A DNA stretch of 64,000 bases from Octopus vulgaris (lineage: Eukaryota), in NCBI GenBank assembly GCA_951406725.2, contig OX597822.1, positions 111,786,001 to 111,850,000 of the forward strand, written 5' to 3'. This document shows, one piece after another, positions 28,848 to 41,705 of this stretch. The notes beneath the pieces were generated by a model that saw only the letters and a list, made by a program, of their open reading frames with translations, had not been told where the DNA came from and did not search any database. Every line of letters starts with the position of its first letter. Positions within the stretch are counted from its first letter, which is position 1. A program made the position numbers and the translations under genes.

Positions 28848-29187
28848 TTATAAATCATATAAATATATATAAGTATAATAAGGAATCTGAATATTGTTCG
28901 TATATTTTTTTGTTGTAAGTATGCCATGACAAGATGTGAACTCAGAAAGTAACGGCAGACGAAATACGGCAACGCGTTTCGCCAGGCGTGCTAGCGTTTC
29001 TGCCAGCTCGCCTCCTTCAGCAATATGTATACTGTCAATCTAACAAGAACGTGACAGTAGGGGGTACACCACCGTTATATAGCCCTAGGAGGCATCGAAC
29101 GCCTCCTGCCAGCTTCGACACATTTAACCTGTGTCCTTATATACACATACGAAGGGGAGACAAACACCCCCAACCGCCAGAACTGCA

Positions 29188-29233
29188 TCTAGGGACACCG
29201 TGTTTCAGGATCATTGTCCTTCATCGGCCTAGA
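29188..29233 (-). ncRNA. Type I hammerhead ribozyme (minus-strand copy)
   Basis: Reverse complement of 29714-29759. Confidence 0.78.
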
Positions 29234-29713
29234 GTAGCAGACACCGGTCAGCTGGCGATATCTGTCTCGACTTCGTATCTGTATATATCTATAGTCAGTG
29301 AAGTCTATTCACTGATTATCAAAATAAGAAATATTGAGTTTCTAAATCTCTCGTAGAGAGGTGTACGGTGGTGGAGCGATATAATGGTTGTATACTGTCA
29401 ATCTAACAAGAACGTGACAGTAGGGGGTACACCACCGTTATATAGCCCTAGGAGGCATCGAACGCCTCCTGACAGCTTCGACACATTTTATCCTGTGTCC
29501 TTATATACACATACGAAGGGAAGACAAACACCCCCAACCGCCGGATTGACAGTATACAACCATTATATCGCTCCACCACCGTACACCTCTCTACGAGAGA
29601 TTTAGAAACTCAATATTTCTTATTTTGATAATCAGTGAATAGACTTCACTGACTATAGATATATACAGATACGAAGTCGAGACAGATATCGCCAGCTGAC
29701 CGGTGTCTGCTAC

Positions 29714-29759
29714 TCTAGGCCGATGAAGGACAATGATCCTGAAACACGGTGTCCCTAGA
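29714..29759 (+). ncRNA. Type I hammerhead ribozyme (CCGAUGA core variant)
   Basis: TCTAGG-CCGATGA-AGGA caatga TCCT-GAAAC-ACGGT-GTC-CCTAGA: 6-bp stem I, 4-bp stem II, GUC triplet. Confidence 0.8.
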
Positions 29760-29981
29760 TGCAGTTCTGGCGGTTGGGGGTGTTTGTCTCCCCTTCGTAT
29801 GTGTATATAAGGACACAGGATAAAATGTGTCGAAGCTGTCAGGAGGCGTTCGATGCCTCCTAGGGCTATATAACGGTGGTGTACCCCTACTGTCACGTTC
29901 TTGTTAGATTGACAGTATACAACCATTATATCGCTCCACCACCGTACACCCCTCTACGAGAGATTTAGAAACTCAATATTT

Positions 29982-30085
<104 letters not shown>

Positions 30086-31409
30086 TATTAATACTTTACA
30101 AGAATTAAACAGCTTGCTTACACCACTGGTCGTTAGCTTCCAGACAACTGTGTCTTCTAACAATCCCCAGAAAATTGGAGAAAATGTAAATAGGAATTTA
30201 TCAGCAGAAATCAATTTTGAACGAACGGACAATCAACGTTTCTGTTCTATTTCTTGTCATGAAAAATAACATTTCCATGAATAATATTGTCATTTGTTAA
30301 TGATAAGTCGTTGATTAGGGTAACACGTCGAATACATAACAATATTTAATTTTCCTTCTCCACGTATGTTTCCATGCTTATCAGTTCACATTTTCTTTCT
30401 GTGTATACAATAAGCAACAAATATATACGAAGAAGATAAATCCATTAAACTACGACCATCACTTTTACGTGTAGCCTTCATCCTAAATAACAAAATAGCA
30501 TTGCTTGTCTCATTTCTACTGTCAAGTTTTCGTTCCGTCTCTTGTCTCTGTGTCTCCATCTACCGTAATCTTTTTCTACAAACAGATGATTTTACAAGCA
30601 AATGCCATTAATGTCGTACATACTATGTATATTTCGGAAGTAAGGGGGTTTAGTTACATGAGATCGATATAAGTCATTTCTTGGCTGAATAAGCAAACAA
30701 TAACTACGGTATGCTTTACCCACAGCGTCCTTTGTTTACTGTTATACAGCCAAACAGGTTAGGGTCAAAATATATTGGAATAATTTCCTTTCAACGATGT
30801 GTAAGGAATGTAAATCTGACAGCTGCCCGTTGTTATAATGTAGCACAATTAATATGGAAGGACATGAAATTCATTATCGTCAAGTCTCAATTCTCTTATT
30901 GCTTTCCGCAATTTTCCTTGAATTGCATTCTAACGTACTCGACTAGAATGGAAATTCATGGAAGACGAATGGATAAACGGAGCGGTAACAATTTGTGCAC
31001 ATCAAGTCACTGGAATTCAGTGAATCAATTGGCAACTGATTCAGTATTCGTCTTCTACAGCTGAAATGCATCAGTAATTGAATAATCCCTGGTAGCTTAC
31101 TTGTTAGTAATGTTGATAGAAGAGATCAAAAGCATTGAATTAAACAATAAGCCATAGAAATCGATAATCTTAATAATAGTTAATTGAAAAGTTTTAAAAT
31201 GTATCTCATGGATTACAGGTGATTTCGACACGAAAGAAGATCTCGCATAAAACTTGGTATTTTGAGGAATAAATCATATTGTATAATATATGAAATACAA
31301 TTATATGTAAGTATTTTGCCAGTTTAGCCAATAAACACACTCCCACTATATATTTGGTGTTACTTTGCTTCAGCGTTATATATTTTTACGTTAATCTTAA
31401 TCTTATTTC

Positions 31410-31454
31410 GGCCAGAGTTCTTTCGTCACACTCCTGTGACCGCATCAGTGGTCC
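31410..31454 (-). ncRNA. Hammerhead-like motif (CUGAUGC core variant)
   Basis: Minus strand: GGACCA-CTGATGC-G-GTCACA ggag TGTGAC-GAAAG-AA-CTC-TGGCC; lies inside a ~313-bp unit with 23-bp terminal inverted repeats (31313-31335/31603-31625). Confidence 0.6.
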
Positions 31455-31938
31455 TTTGCTTTCTTCTTTCTTATTTGTGTGTCTCTCCTTACTAACCGTC
31501 AGCCATTTTGTATTTCTATTGTATGGGTCTTCATTTGCACATGCGTATATTCTATGTGCGTCGATGTTTAGTTAGTGTTGGGGGGGGGATGCCTGTAATA
31601 TTTTTATTGGCTGAACTGGCAAAATGACCATTCCTAAATACAACAATATATGTTTCAACTCACGATTTCACATAAAAAATCTTGCAAAACAAATATATAA
31701 ACGTAAACATTATATGTAAGACTCTAAGGAAGTAAGAAATGTACATTCGTAATATTGGTATTGGTGAAAATTGCATTTGCTGTATAATCAATTGCAGAAC
31801 AAATGTACACATTGAGTGATTCATGTAATGTATAATATTCAATACTAGTCAGCCTGGGATAAATATTCCCCGCCAATGACATATAGAAGACATAGATTTA
31901 GCAACACATTGCAGGAAGGGTTTCTCAAATATTAAATA

Positions 31939-32378
31939 CTAGCAGCATAGCCCGGCGTTGCCCGGGTATGTAAGAGCCCCTAGTAGGCAACGACTAATCC
32001 CAATCTAGTCCTTTCCCTCTAGGAAACGAAGGCGCATGTGTAGGTTGCAATGTCTTCTCTTCACTCGAATACTTCTGTGTATACGATGTTCCTAGCTGTC
32101 CCTTTGGGCGATAAAAAGGTCTAGTTGTGTCCCCTAGACAGAAAATGTGTTGCATATAAAAAGCTTAGATTCTCGACCCCATGTCAAATTTATTGATTTT
32201 TTTCAGAACTGGGGGAACTTTTCAAAATTTTCACTGCGTTAGTTTTGAATTATGACATTGGGCTATGTGTGTATCAAGTTTCAGCATAATCGGTTGAAAG
32301 CCGTGGTCAGGGTGAGGGTACAACCTGACAGACACACAGACACACAGACAGACAAACTGCCGTTTATATAGAGAGAGA
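31939..32378 (-). mobile_element. Non-autonomous Helitron
   Basis: Minus strand TC start and CTAG end with CCCGGGCAACGCCGGG hairpin; A|T site. Confidence 0.8.
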
Positions 32379-32984
32379 TCTACACTTCTTACAGGAAATG
32401 TAAATTTAGTTATTCAAAAGTTATATTTTCAAGAGTCACGCTCGACAGAATTTGCGCCTTTAACATATTGTTTCATGTCGAGACTCAGTGAACATTTATT
32501 AGTTACACGTGATCCAAATTAAAAGAAAAGGTGGAAATTATCACAATGATAGACTTCTCAATACTCTCCGGAAATACTGAAAAGCAAATATGCAGTGCAA
32601 TCTCTATTGCAATTTATCGATGCACATCGGCGGTTTTTCTAAAAAAATATATTGCAATTTTATGCTACAAATAATTGCACATATTTATATGTCCTAACTT
32701 GGATTACCCAAGAATCTGTGCTCGCATTAATTACCAGAAGCTCTTAGTGCGTCGGTTAATGAAAAATGATAATCGGATATCATTAAGGACTGTATTAAGT
32801 TGTAAACCAGAAACAAACTTTATTCCATATTTTTAGTGAGAAATTCGACCGCCCAAACATTTCTTCGATGCTGGTGTGGTATAAAATATGTTTTCTAGTC
32901 CTTTGGTTTCAGGTTCAGTACAATTGCATAGCAACTTTGACAAGGCTGGCCCTATCAAACACTCGTATCTGTCTGTTAATGTGT

Positions 32985-33058
<74 letters not shown>

Positions 33059-33244
33059 GTCTGTCATGATCGGTGGAGAAGTTCAGAGGCTGACCAATAT
33101 TCTTTATGGAATGTGACCAAATAATGTTTATCTTTCAACATAATCCTCTTTGAGATTAAACACATTTCCTCTATCGGCATTACGGTGCATGCATGCAAAC
33201 ATACACACATACATATATACATACGTACGAACGTACATACATAC

Positions 33245-33944
33245 ATATGCGTTTGTAGTCCAGGAACAGGAAATATCAAACAAGTACCTGATGCGCAAAA
33301 TGGATAGAGATGCAAGTAAAGCTGTAAAGTGTGACAACCGATGCAGACTTTGTGGTGGTCACGCTGATGATATCACCCACATCATAAGCAGTTGTCCAAA
33401 AATGTCATCGCGGTATTATCTACTGATGAGACATGACGTTGTAGGTAGGACATTCTATAATGAAATCTGTCGGAAGGATAATCACGAGGACAAAGAAATG
33501 AAAACCCACAATGTGGTAGAAGCCATGGCCACTCATAATAAAAAAAGAATACTGGTGGAATGTACCAGTGAAAACATCAGTAAAATGTAAGAACAACAGA
33601 CCTGATATGATAATTTGGGATTGAGAAGATAAACTGTGCACCGCCGTGGAAATTAGCTCTCCCAGTGGATGTTAATATAAAGCTGAAGATCAGTGGAAAA
33701 GAGATCACCTATGCTGAACTATTGAGAAATCTGCAGTTATTCTATCCAGATTACAAGTTCAGGTTTATGCCTGTAGTTATTAGGGCCCTGAGACGTGTAA
33801 CACACTGCCTAAATACCAATCTTGAGAAATTAAGATTCTCAAAACCAGAAAGGAGAAAGTTAATTCGAAGATTACAGTTCCGATCCATCACTGGAAGTAT
33901 AGCAATCTGTAAAACTTTCCAGAACTTTATCATTTAAATATATA
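33245..33944 (+). mobile_element. R4/Dong-like LINE, C-terminal ORF fragment with restriction-like endonuclease (degenerate)
   Basis: CRLC..DDITHIISSC zinc knuckle, RHD motif, RPDMIIWD..VEIS motif; frameshifts and a stop. Confidence 0.85.
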
Positions 33945-34844
33945 TGTAAAAAATAGCACTTCCTTTTTCCGAGCTGTTATTCGAAACCGAATCTAAGGAT
34001 TCTCGCTCGTTTGATCCACCACTGACCAAGGAGGTGCAAAAGAAAATTCTTTGTCCTCTTAAAAAATGATAGGTGGTTTCCCTTCCACCTTCGGCCTCAG
34101 CCGTGTCATTTAAGGGTCAAGTGGACAGAAGGCGACCTACATATGTAGGAATTTCGCCTGTGGTATGTCTGTCCTTCTAGCTGTCACGACCATTATAAAT
34201 ACAGCAATCCGCCCAAGGACGACAGGGAGAGCGATAGCTACAGAGAGAGAGAGAGAGAAAGAAAGAAAGAGAGAGAGAGAGAGATGGCCAGAGGCGAGAC
34301 GGCCAGCAAGTAACTTCGTCAGAGTAAAAAGTATATATACCCTCTTTTTACTCTCTTTTACTTGTTTCAGTCATTTGACTGCGGCCATGCTGGAGCACCG
34401 TCTTTAGCTGAGCAAATCGACCCCAGGATTTATTCTTTGTAAGCAACACAGAACCAGATAGTCAGCATGAACGACCCAACACAGCACCAGACGCAGAACA
34501 TAAACAGACACCACTGAATGACCAACGCTCACACAGACACAAAACATGTCCGATTCCACCCTATCATATCGACACAGTATTTACAGTAAGTTGGTAATGT
34601 GATGTAGTGAAATATTTGGCGTATACAACAAGTAAATGCAAGTGTCGTTTAAATAAAAGATTTAAACTACAATCCGATGTCTTCCTATTGTTTTACATCG
34701 ACGTCGTCCACATGCCTATTTCGTCTGCTGCCTCACCATATTTTGCTATACCTTTCCCGCTAAGCGTTACATCTACACTTTACATCCAGTGGTAGGCTTA
34801 CATCATATCGAATTGATATCACATCATTCTTCCAGTCCGCTACA
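33945..34844 (+). mobile_element. Probable solo LTR
   Basis: TGTA...TACA termini, 4-bp TATA flank on both sides, internal TATAAATA; inserted just after the LINE stop codon. Confidence 0.6.
34341..34444 (-). mobile_element. SINE family A tail fragment inside the solo LTR
   Basis: CTCTTTTACTTGTTTCAGTCATTTGACTGCGGCC matches the family A tail. Confidence 0.85.
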
Positions 34845-35145
34845 TATATCAGCATGTCTAGATATGCAACTATATGCATGAGAATACATACATAAAACAT
34901 ACAAATCTGCACATGCATACACACATGCATACATATATACACACATGCATACATACATACATACATACATACATACATACATACATACATACATACATAC
35001 ATACATACATACATACATACATACATACATACAAAAATGCCATGTTTTTGATGCTGAAATTCCAATGAAGGAGCCTTGGATCTATGTTAGAAACCGGTTC
35101 TTTCTCTATTGGCAAGAAATCTTGAAATAAACTGAATAATGACAT
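34845..35145 (+). mobile_element. Probable 3' UTR of the R4/Dong-like LINE, with (CATA)n
   Basis: Resumes after the TATA flank; AATAAA followed by (CATA)n tail. Confidence 0.5.
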
Positions 35146-35213
35146 ACATACATACATACATACATACATAAAGGCTGCGAAATTGCTGCCAAAACTGCGG
35201 CTAGGATGGAATG

Positions 35214-35251
<38 letters not shown>

Positions 35252-35253
<2 letters not shown>

Positions 35254-35410
35254 CGACGGGCTTCTTTCAGTTTCCGTCTACCAAATCCATTTACAAGGCT
35301 TTGGTCAGCCCGAGGCTATAGTAGAAAACAGTTGCCCAAGGTGCCACGCAATGGGACTAAACCCGGAACCATGTGGTTAGTAAGCAAGCTACTTACCACA
35401 CAGTCACTCA
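35252..35410 (-). mobile_element. SINE family A head half
   Basis: Family A match. Confidence 0.85.
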
Positions 35411-35475
35411 TGTGTTATATTAATAACTTTTAAAATGTAGAATTATATATACATACATACATATATATATATGTG

Positions 35476-35536
<61 letters not shown>

Positions 35537-35540
<4 letters not shown>

Positions 35541-35627
35541 AGAGTTTACGAAAAAAACAAAAGACGAAGACTGGTAGCGTACAAAACAAACAGATGTATT
35601 AGTATAACGCTCAGGAACAGAAAAAGG

Positions 35628-35630
<3 letters not shown>
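35537..35630 (-). mobile_element. Truncated copy of the 61181-61390 hammerhead family, in (TA)n
   Basis: AGGGAGAGTTTACG..GTATAACGCTCAGGAA matches 61182-61270; stops just before the ribozyme. Confidence 0.7.
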
Positions 35631-35682
<52 letters not shown>

Positions 35683-36892
35683 CTAGAGTACTTTTGATAA
35701 CGATTTATTAGTTTCTGTTAAAATCTGTATCATTATGTTTTAAACCAAGATCTCAGGTAAAAAATATATTTCTTGAAATGTATATTACTTGTGCGTCTGT
35801 TTAAGTGAAATAACAAAAGAACCTAAATATGAAAATAAATGGGACTGTCTGCATCGATACTGAGTTCAAGAGTATCAAAAGTGGGAATGAATTATCTCTT
35901 TGGCTAAAAATGAGATAAATGTCAAAAGGGCCGAGATAAGAGTTAGGTAAAATATCAAGTACTTAGGATAATTGCAAAGATGCTCACGCTGAGTGTAGAT
36001 GAGAATATGTCGGTAGACCATTGTGGATACGAACACAGTTTGTTTAGCTTCATTTCAGATTTTATTTTTAATACACGAAGCGCTGTAGTAGGTGGGATGA
36101 CAATGTTTGTATAGGACAATACAAATGTGCCAAACCAAGGCTGTGTTTTGATTACAATAATAGCGATTTCAGGGTTCCGGTGATAGTATATTTTGATGTC
36201 CAATTGTGAATGTGTTAGGTATTGTAACTAGAGATAAAGTTTTGTGTGTTCTAAACTGTTTCTGGTTTTTTTCTTAATTCGACGACAATGTCTACTGCTG
36301 TGGCGCGTTCTATTCCGTTCGGTAACAGAGAACACGAATACTTTCTTTCAATAATACCTGTCTTAATTTAAGAAGTCTTTCATTCTGAACATCCGGATAA
36401 CAAACAATTATTCGAAGTATTCTTGCTAGGTAAAAACGAAATATTGGAATTGGTATGTCTTGAGCAGCAGTGAAGAAAATTTTAAGTACTTTTTAGAGTA
36501 CTTCGCTTTGTTTTAGATGTCGGTTTCTATTTTCATGTCATTCTAAATTATGAAAATTTTTAAGACGGGTATTTGGTTATGGTTAAATTCCATGGACAAC
36601 TGAATACTGCTATTGATTAGGAATTTGAGTTCTTTCATTTCATCCAGGTTGTATATCTATATAAAGAATTAGTCATCTAAATATCGTTTCCAAAATTTCA
36701 CTAGATAATTTTGATACGGTACGTAGTTTTGGCTTCTTCATATATTTGGATTTTTACACACACTCACACACACACACGTATATATGCATACGCATATACG
36801 CACATATATATTGCATATCCATAGCTATGTAGCTACACCTACCTGACTAAATACATATAGCAATATAAATGCCGGTGAGTCTATCTAATTAT

Positions 36893-37220
36893 ATATGTAT
36901 GTATGTATGTATGTATGTGTGTATGTATGTATGTATGTATGTATGTATGTATGTATGTATGTATGTATGTATGTATGTATGTATGTATGTATGTGTGTGT
37001 GTGTGTGTATGCATGTATGTATGTATGTATCTACCTATCTACCTACTCCTACTTATCTATCTATCAATCTGTCTATCTGTCTGTCTGTTTTTCTATCGGT
37101 CTGTCTCTCCGTATATCTTTCTACTCACTTGCCCATCTCCCTCTCTCTTCCTCTCTCTCTCTCTTTTGTCTCTCTCTCTCTATACATATATCTTTATATG
37201 TACGCACAAAATATAAAGAG

Positions 37221-37274
<54 letters not shown>

Positions 37275-37275
37275 C
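36893..37275. repeat. (TATG)n/(TATC)n/(GA)n microsatellite block
   Basis: Directly visible. Confidence 0.95.
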
Positions 37276-39574
37276 GTGTCTGCACATGGTTTTGTTTGTG
37301 GGCGTCAATATATGTTTTAAACCTTCTGTTTAAACGCGCATATTAGTCTTAGAATAAATGGATACACAACAGGCTGGTTTTTCAAAATGACATAATACAA
37401 TACCAAACATTCTGAAAGCTATTTCTGCACGTTTATTTCAGTAAATATTTCTGTTATTTGTAACATTATTATATACTAATTTTATTTTCATAAATTACCA
37501 CCACTACATAAGATATAATAGAGGTAAATATTTACGCAAATTCTTGCTAGTACGCAATACCATTCGGATAATTCCATTCACGTTATGCATAAAAAATTAG
37601 GATGATGACAGTCGAGAAATATCACAGTTGCAATTTGAATATTTTCTGGACCAAAATGCAATATTACTTGGAATATGCTCGAAGAAATGTCTAAAATAAT
37701 ATTTTTTGACAGACGTGTGTGTTTTGATAATTTTTATATGAATGTGAGGGCGTAGATTCCTATGGTGTAGATGAAACATTATTTCTGTTATTTTTCATGC
37801 AGATCATGGAGAAAACTCGAGATATAAAACGTACAACTAAGTATCAGCTGGTGCTTTATATTTCTGATAGTCAGTGGCCCACTTATTCTACACTGTAATG
37901 TTCTTGTCAAATCTAAAACGACAGAATATTACAGAATACAGTATAATATATTTTCATGCTAGTAGTGTTTTGCAATTATATTAATGTTTTACTGTAAGAG
38001 CCTTCGATATCATATCATCAAATATGAAGTCAGTAATAGTTAATATAAATTTGTTTCAATAGAATTTCTCTCAATGTAAACTTAGAACATTTGTATGACC
38101 ATTCAGATTTACCATCAGTAGGACATAATTAAATTATTGTGAGCAAATTTTCTTATAAGTGCAATTTGAAGTTGAGAAAATGTAAGACCGATTAACGCTT
38201 TATAAAGTTTAATCTGATTTCTGTACGTTCTGAATTAGAATGCATTACTACTTATTCCTTGGGATAATTGGCATAAGTGTAGGACAAATGCATTCGTCGA
38301 ATATATGTGCTGCAAATGGATCTCGACTCCATTTAAATCCAATCAATAACTATAATAGACTCTGACGAAAATGAGATGTACTAGATTTAAATAGTTGAAA
38401 TTTACTGTGAATAATCATCCCATAAAGCCTACACAGGTGTTTCAACTAATCGTCATCAAGAACGGTACACATCCTTTAATACTCTACAGGCTTGCTTGGT
38501 ATCAAGCAAAAGAACACTTGGTTTGATGTGCTTGAGTCTCTGTGAAACGGTTGATCAGTTTTAGGAATTCTCTTGGGTACCAGCCATTTAATTTTGTAAT
38601 TCCAGACGTTAAGTCAAGCAAGAAGAAGCATAAGAGTATTAGTAAAGTTTTGAGAATATCTGCAGATGGAATTCACAAAAACAATAAATAAATTGAAGAT
38701 GTCGTTATCTTACTTTTAGTCACCGAAAGAAGAAAATCAGCTCGTCTAGAATTGGTGACTGTAATCCATTAGAATAAAGGTGCTGCGATCAAAGATAATT
38801 GAATTTACCAGTAACTACCTTCCTGTCCTTTGGTCGATGCGTGAATATAAGTCTCGGATAACTTGGAAATATATTAACCAACTGATCAGATATAGCGAAG
38901 ATAATATCTGGTCATGAAAAGTAAGTGTAGCCTCCATGCAATGCACTAGATGAAAATCGGATATTGCATGACCTACAAACTTTATCGATTTTGATGAATA
39001 ACTTTCCCTTCGCGTTTTAGTGTAGATAGTGTTTCTTTGATACATGTTTTAGCTTTCTTTTGGTGATCTTGTCATGGAATTATTTCGGGCAATGTATTAG
39101 ATGTCAAGTTTTTTCTTAGCTAACTCTCTGCGTGAAAACGTGTTTAGAAAAGTGAAATTCTGCATAAACGTCCTTACAAAATCGTGACCTATATGTATTC
39201 TAATGACGCAGAGATATCTTTGACGAGACGTCATACAATTGCATATAGCTGGATAAGCATATGATTGGAACATTGCAGTATATGAAGGCAGGCTTTTCCT
39301 TTCTATTTAAAAGGCTTTCGAGTGGATAATGGTAAGTGATTCTCTGCTAAAGTAAGTAGTGTTTTGCAATTGAGGAATTGAAACTTAGAAATGATTGCTC
39401 AGTTTGGTGATATTTGCGGTGTGAAGATTGATGTCACACATAAATATTGTTATCATTTCCTCTTCTTGTATCACCAAAATTCCAGCATATTTTCTACTTT
39501 CATTGGAGAGAACACAATAAGAATAACATCAGCAGCGTCTTCCATAATCAGAAAAAATATCGTGACGCATTATA

Positions 39575-39976
39575 TCTTTATATATAAAAGTAAGGTTGTG
39601 TGCTGTCTGTCTCCTACGATTTAGATTCTTAACTACTCTCACATTTTGCGGTGCAGTTTAACCAAAACCGGGTATCTTATAGTCGTGATTCATATCGAGC
39701 CCTTCTGGGTATTAGCGTGCGTCTACGATGAGTCTACGATTTAAAAAAAAAATTACCATCAATTTTTCCCATTTTAATGCATTTTTGGCATATATAAGGG
39801 AAGTAACTCTCTAAAAATTTATTATTAAATCTCAGAACATAAAAAGCTACAGTAACACACCACCACCCCCTTTGTGGTTAGCCATATTGAGATGGCTATT
39901 ATACTTTACATCTCTAAAAATGCTTATATAGTTTTTTCCCTTTACAAACCCGAGCAACGCCGGGCGATACTGCTAG
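39575..39976 (+). mobile_element. Non-autonomous Helitron
   Basis: A|TCTTTATATATAAAAG start; CCCGAGCAACGCCGGG hairpin and CTAG|T end; second near-identical copy at 63603-63997. Confidence 0.88.
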
Positions 39977-41556
39977 TATTGTATAACAGAATGATATGAG
40001 TCGAAGACAGTGATAACTCTGTTCAAAACGGATGATATAAGTGAGAATATGTAAAGGAAATATTTTATACTAACAGTCATAGTAGTATTTAGAGTTCCTG
40101 AGGACAGTGAGATAGAAGAATGTTATTAGTGTAAGAAGATATGCTTTGCAATATATTTTGGAGATTTTTATCATTCGAATTTCAAATCCCACGTAGATCA
40201 ACTTTGCATTTCATCGCTCCCGACAAAATTTCAAAGTCTGTCCCTAAATTAGAAACTGTTATTTGGGGATTTCTACGAAAGTAAATGGTAAAGACATTTC
40301 CAAAATGCAAACGTTTCAAACTCCTGGCTATATGTTAAAGCTGAGAATGTTCCAATGTCATAAAGTTTTTGTACCTGAATATCAGTGGATGTTAAAAGCA
40401 CTCAAAGAAAAATAATTGCTTCTCATCGGGAGAGTAGCAGAGGAAACACTGAATTTAAAAAGATATGGAATGAACGTGTTGAGTTGATTAGTTGGAAATA
40501 TATCTATATTTCCAGACAATCACTGTTATCTACAAGGATAAACAGAATATGACTGATTCACTCTATTTCAGATCTTTGTAATTATCTAATCATTTTTACA
40601 GCGATTCGAAACTTAAATACTTGTACGGAAAATAGAGCCAGGGATCACTCATTTAGGAAATTCTATATACTTCAGTCACTAGACATTATATTCAGTTATT
40701 TTTACGAGCTCAGAACCTAGCAATAAATTGAATAACCAGCAGTGAGGAAAGACACTATTTCATATCTCAAATAAATTTTGTACAGCAATGTGAAATGAGA
40801 AAGATATAACACTGTTGTATAATATAGCCATAATATGTTCAGCTTGGTCCAGGTTGCTTTTAAAGGTGTCGAAAGGTCAATGATCCCTACCTGTCAGCTC
40901 TTTTCACCAGACCATGTTAATCAGTAGACTAGATCATAACTATGATTTCCATATCTGATATTTGCTGTTTGAAAACCATTCGAATAATTTAACCATTCTA
41001 ATTATAATCACATCAAACATACATAAAATATTCGTAGATTTAGGATTTATTAAAAAAAATGGAAAAATAAACAAGCAACGAGAAAGCTCGAACAGATATC
41101 AGAATTATTTCCTAGAAAATATTCTGAAGTAGAAACTCGGCTGCAAACGACAGGATAAGCTTTGTTAATCCTTAAATTGAATTTAGAGATTGTAGTTTCC
41201 CTCACTCATAATCTCCATAGTTACGCTACCTTTTAATGAGAAGCACAAAATAGAGTAAGTCTGAATGATTGTGTGAGCAATCGCATATTAAATAACAATA
41301 AACTAATTGAGACAAGTGAATTAAAATGATAGAGCCATTTTATCTCTTTGCTTCTTGCATGCCAGTTCAAGCTACACATTTCGATTTTCCTAAAACTTTG
41401 CATGCTGTTTGTTAAAGAACTACTAACCCTATGACGTTGGATTCGTTTACTTTGATATATGAAGTCTCATCACTTACCTGTATAAAACTAATCTATGAAT
41501 ACATGAAACGACTGTTGAAACAGCTGCTGTAAATTCTGAACATTATTTGTATTCTA

Positions 41557-41670
<114 letters not shown>

Positions 41671-41673
41671 CGT

Positions 41674-41705
<32 letters not shown>

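Noticed and set aside
28988-29926. Repeated ORFs 'YCQSNKNVTVGG..' on both strands, suggesting a peptide gene family
   Set aside because: Read-through of the 363-nt repeat on the strand antisense to the ribozyme; copies differ by frameshifts
35055-35105. CCAATGA..GAAACCGGTT, hammerhead-like spacing in the LINE 3' UTR
   Set aside because: Core lacks G5 and stems I and II do not pair convincingly
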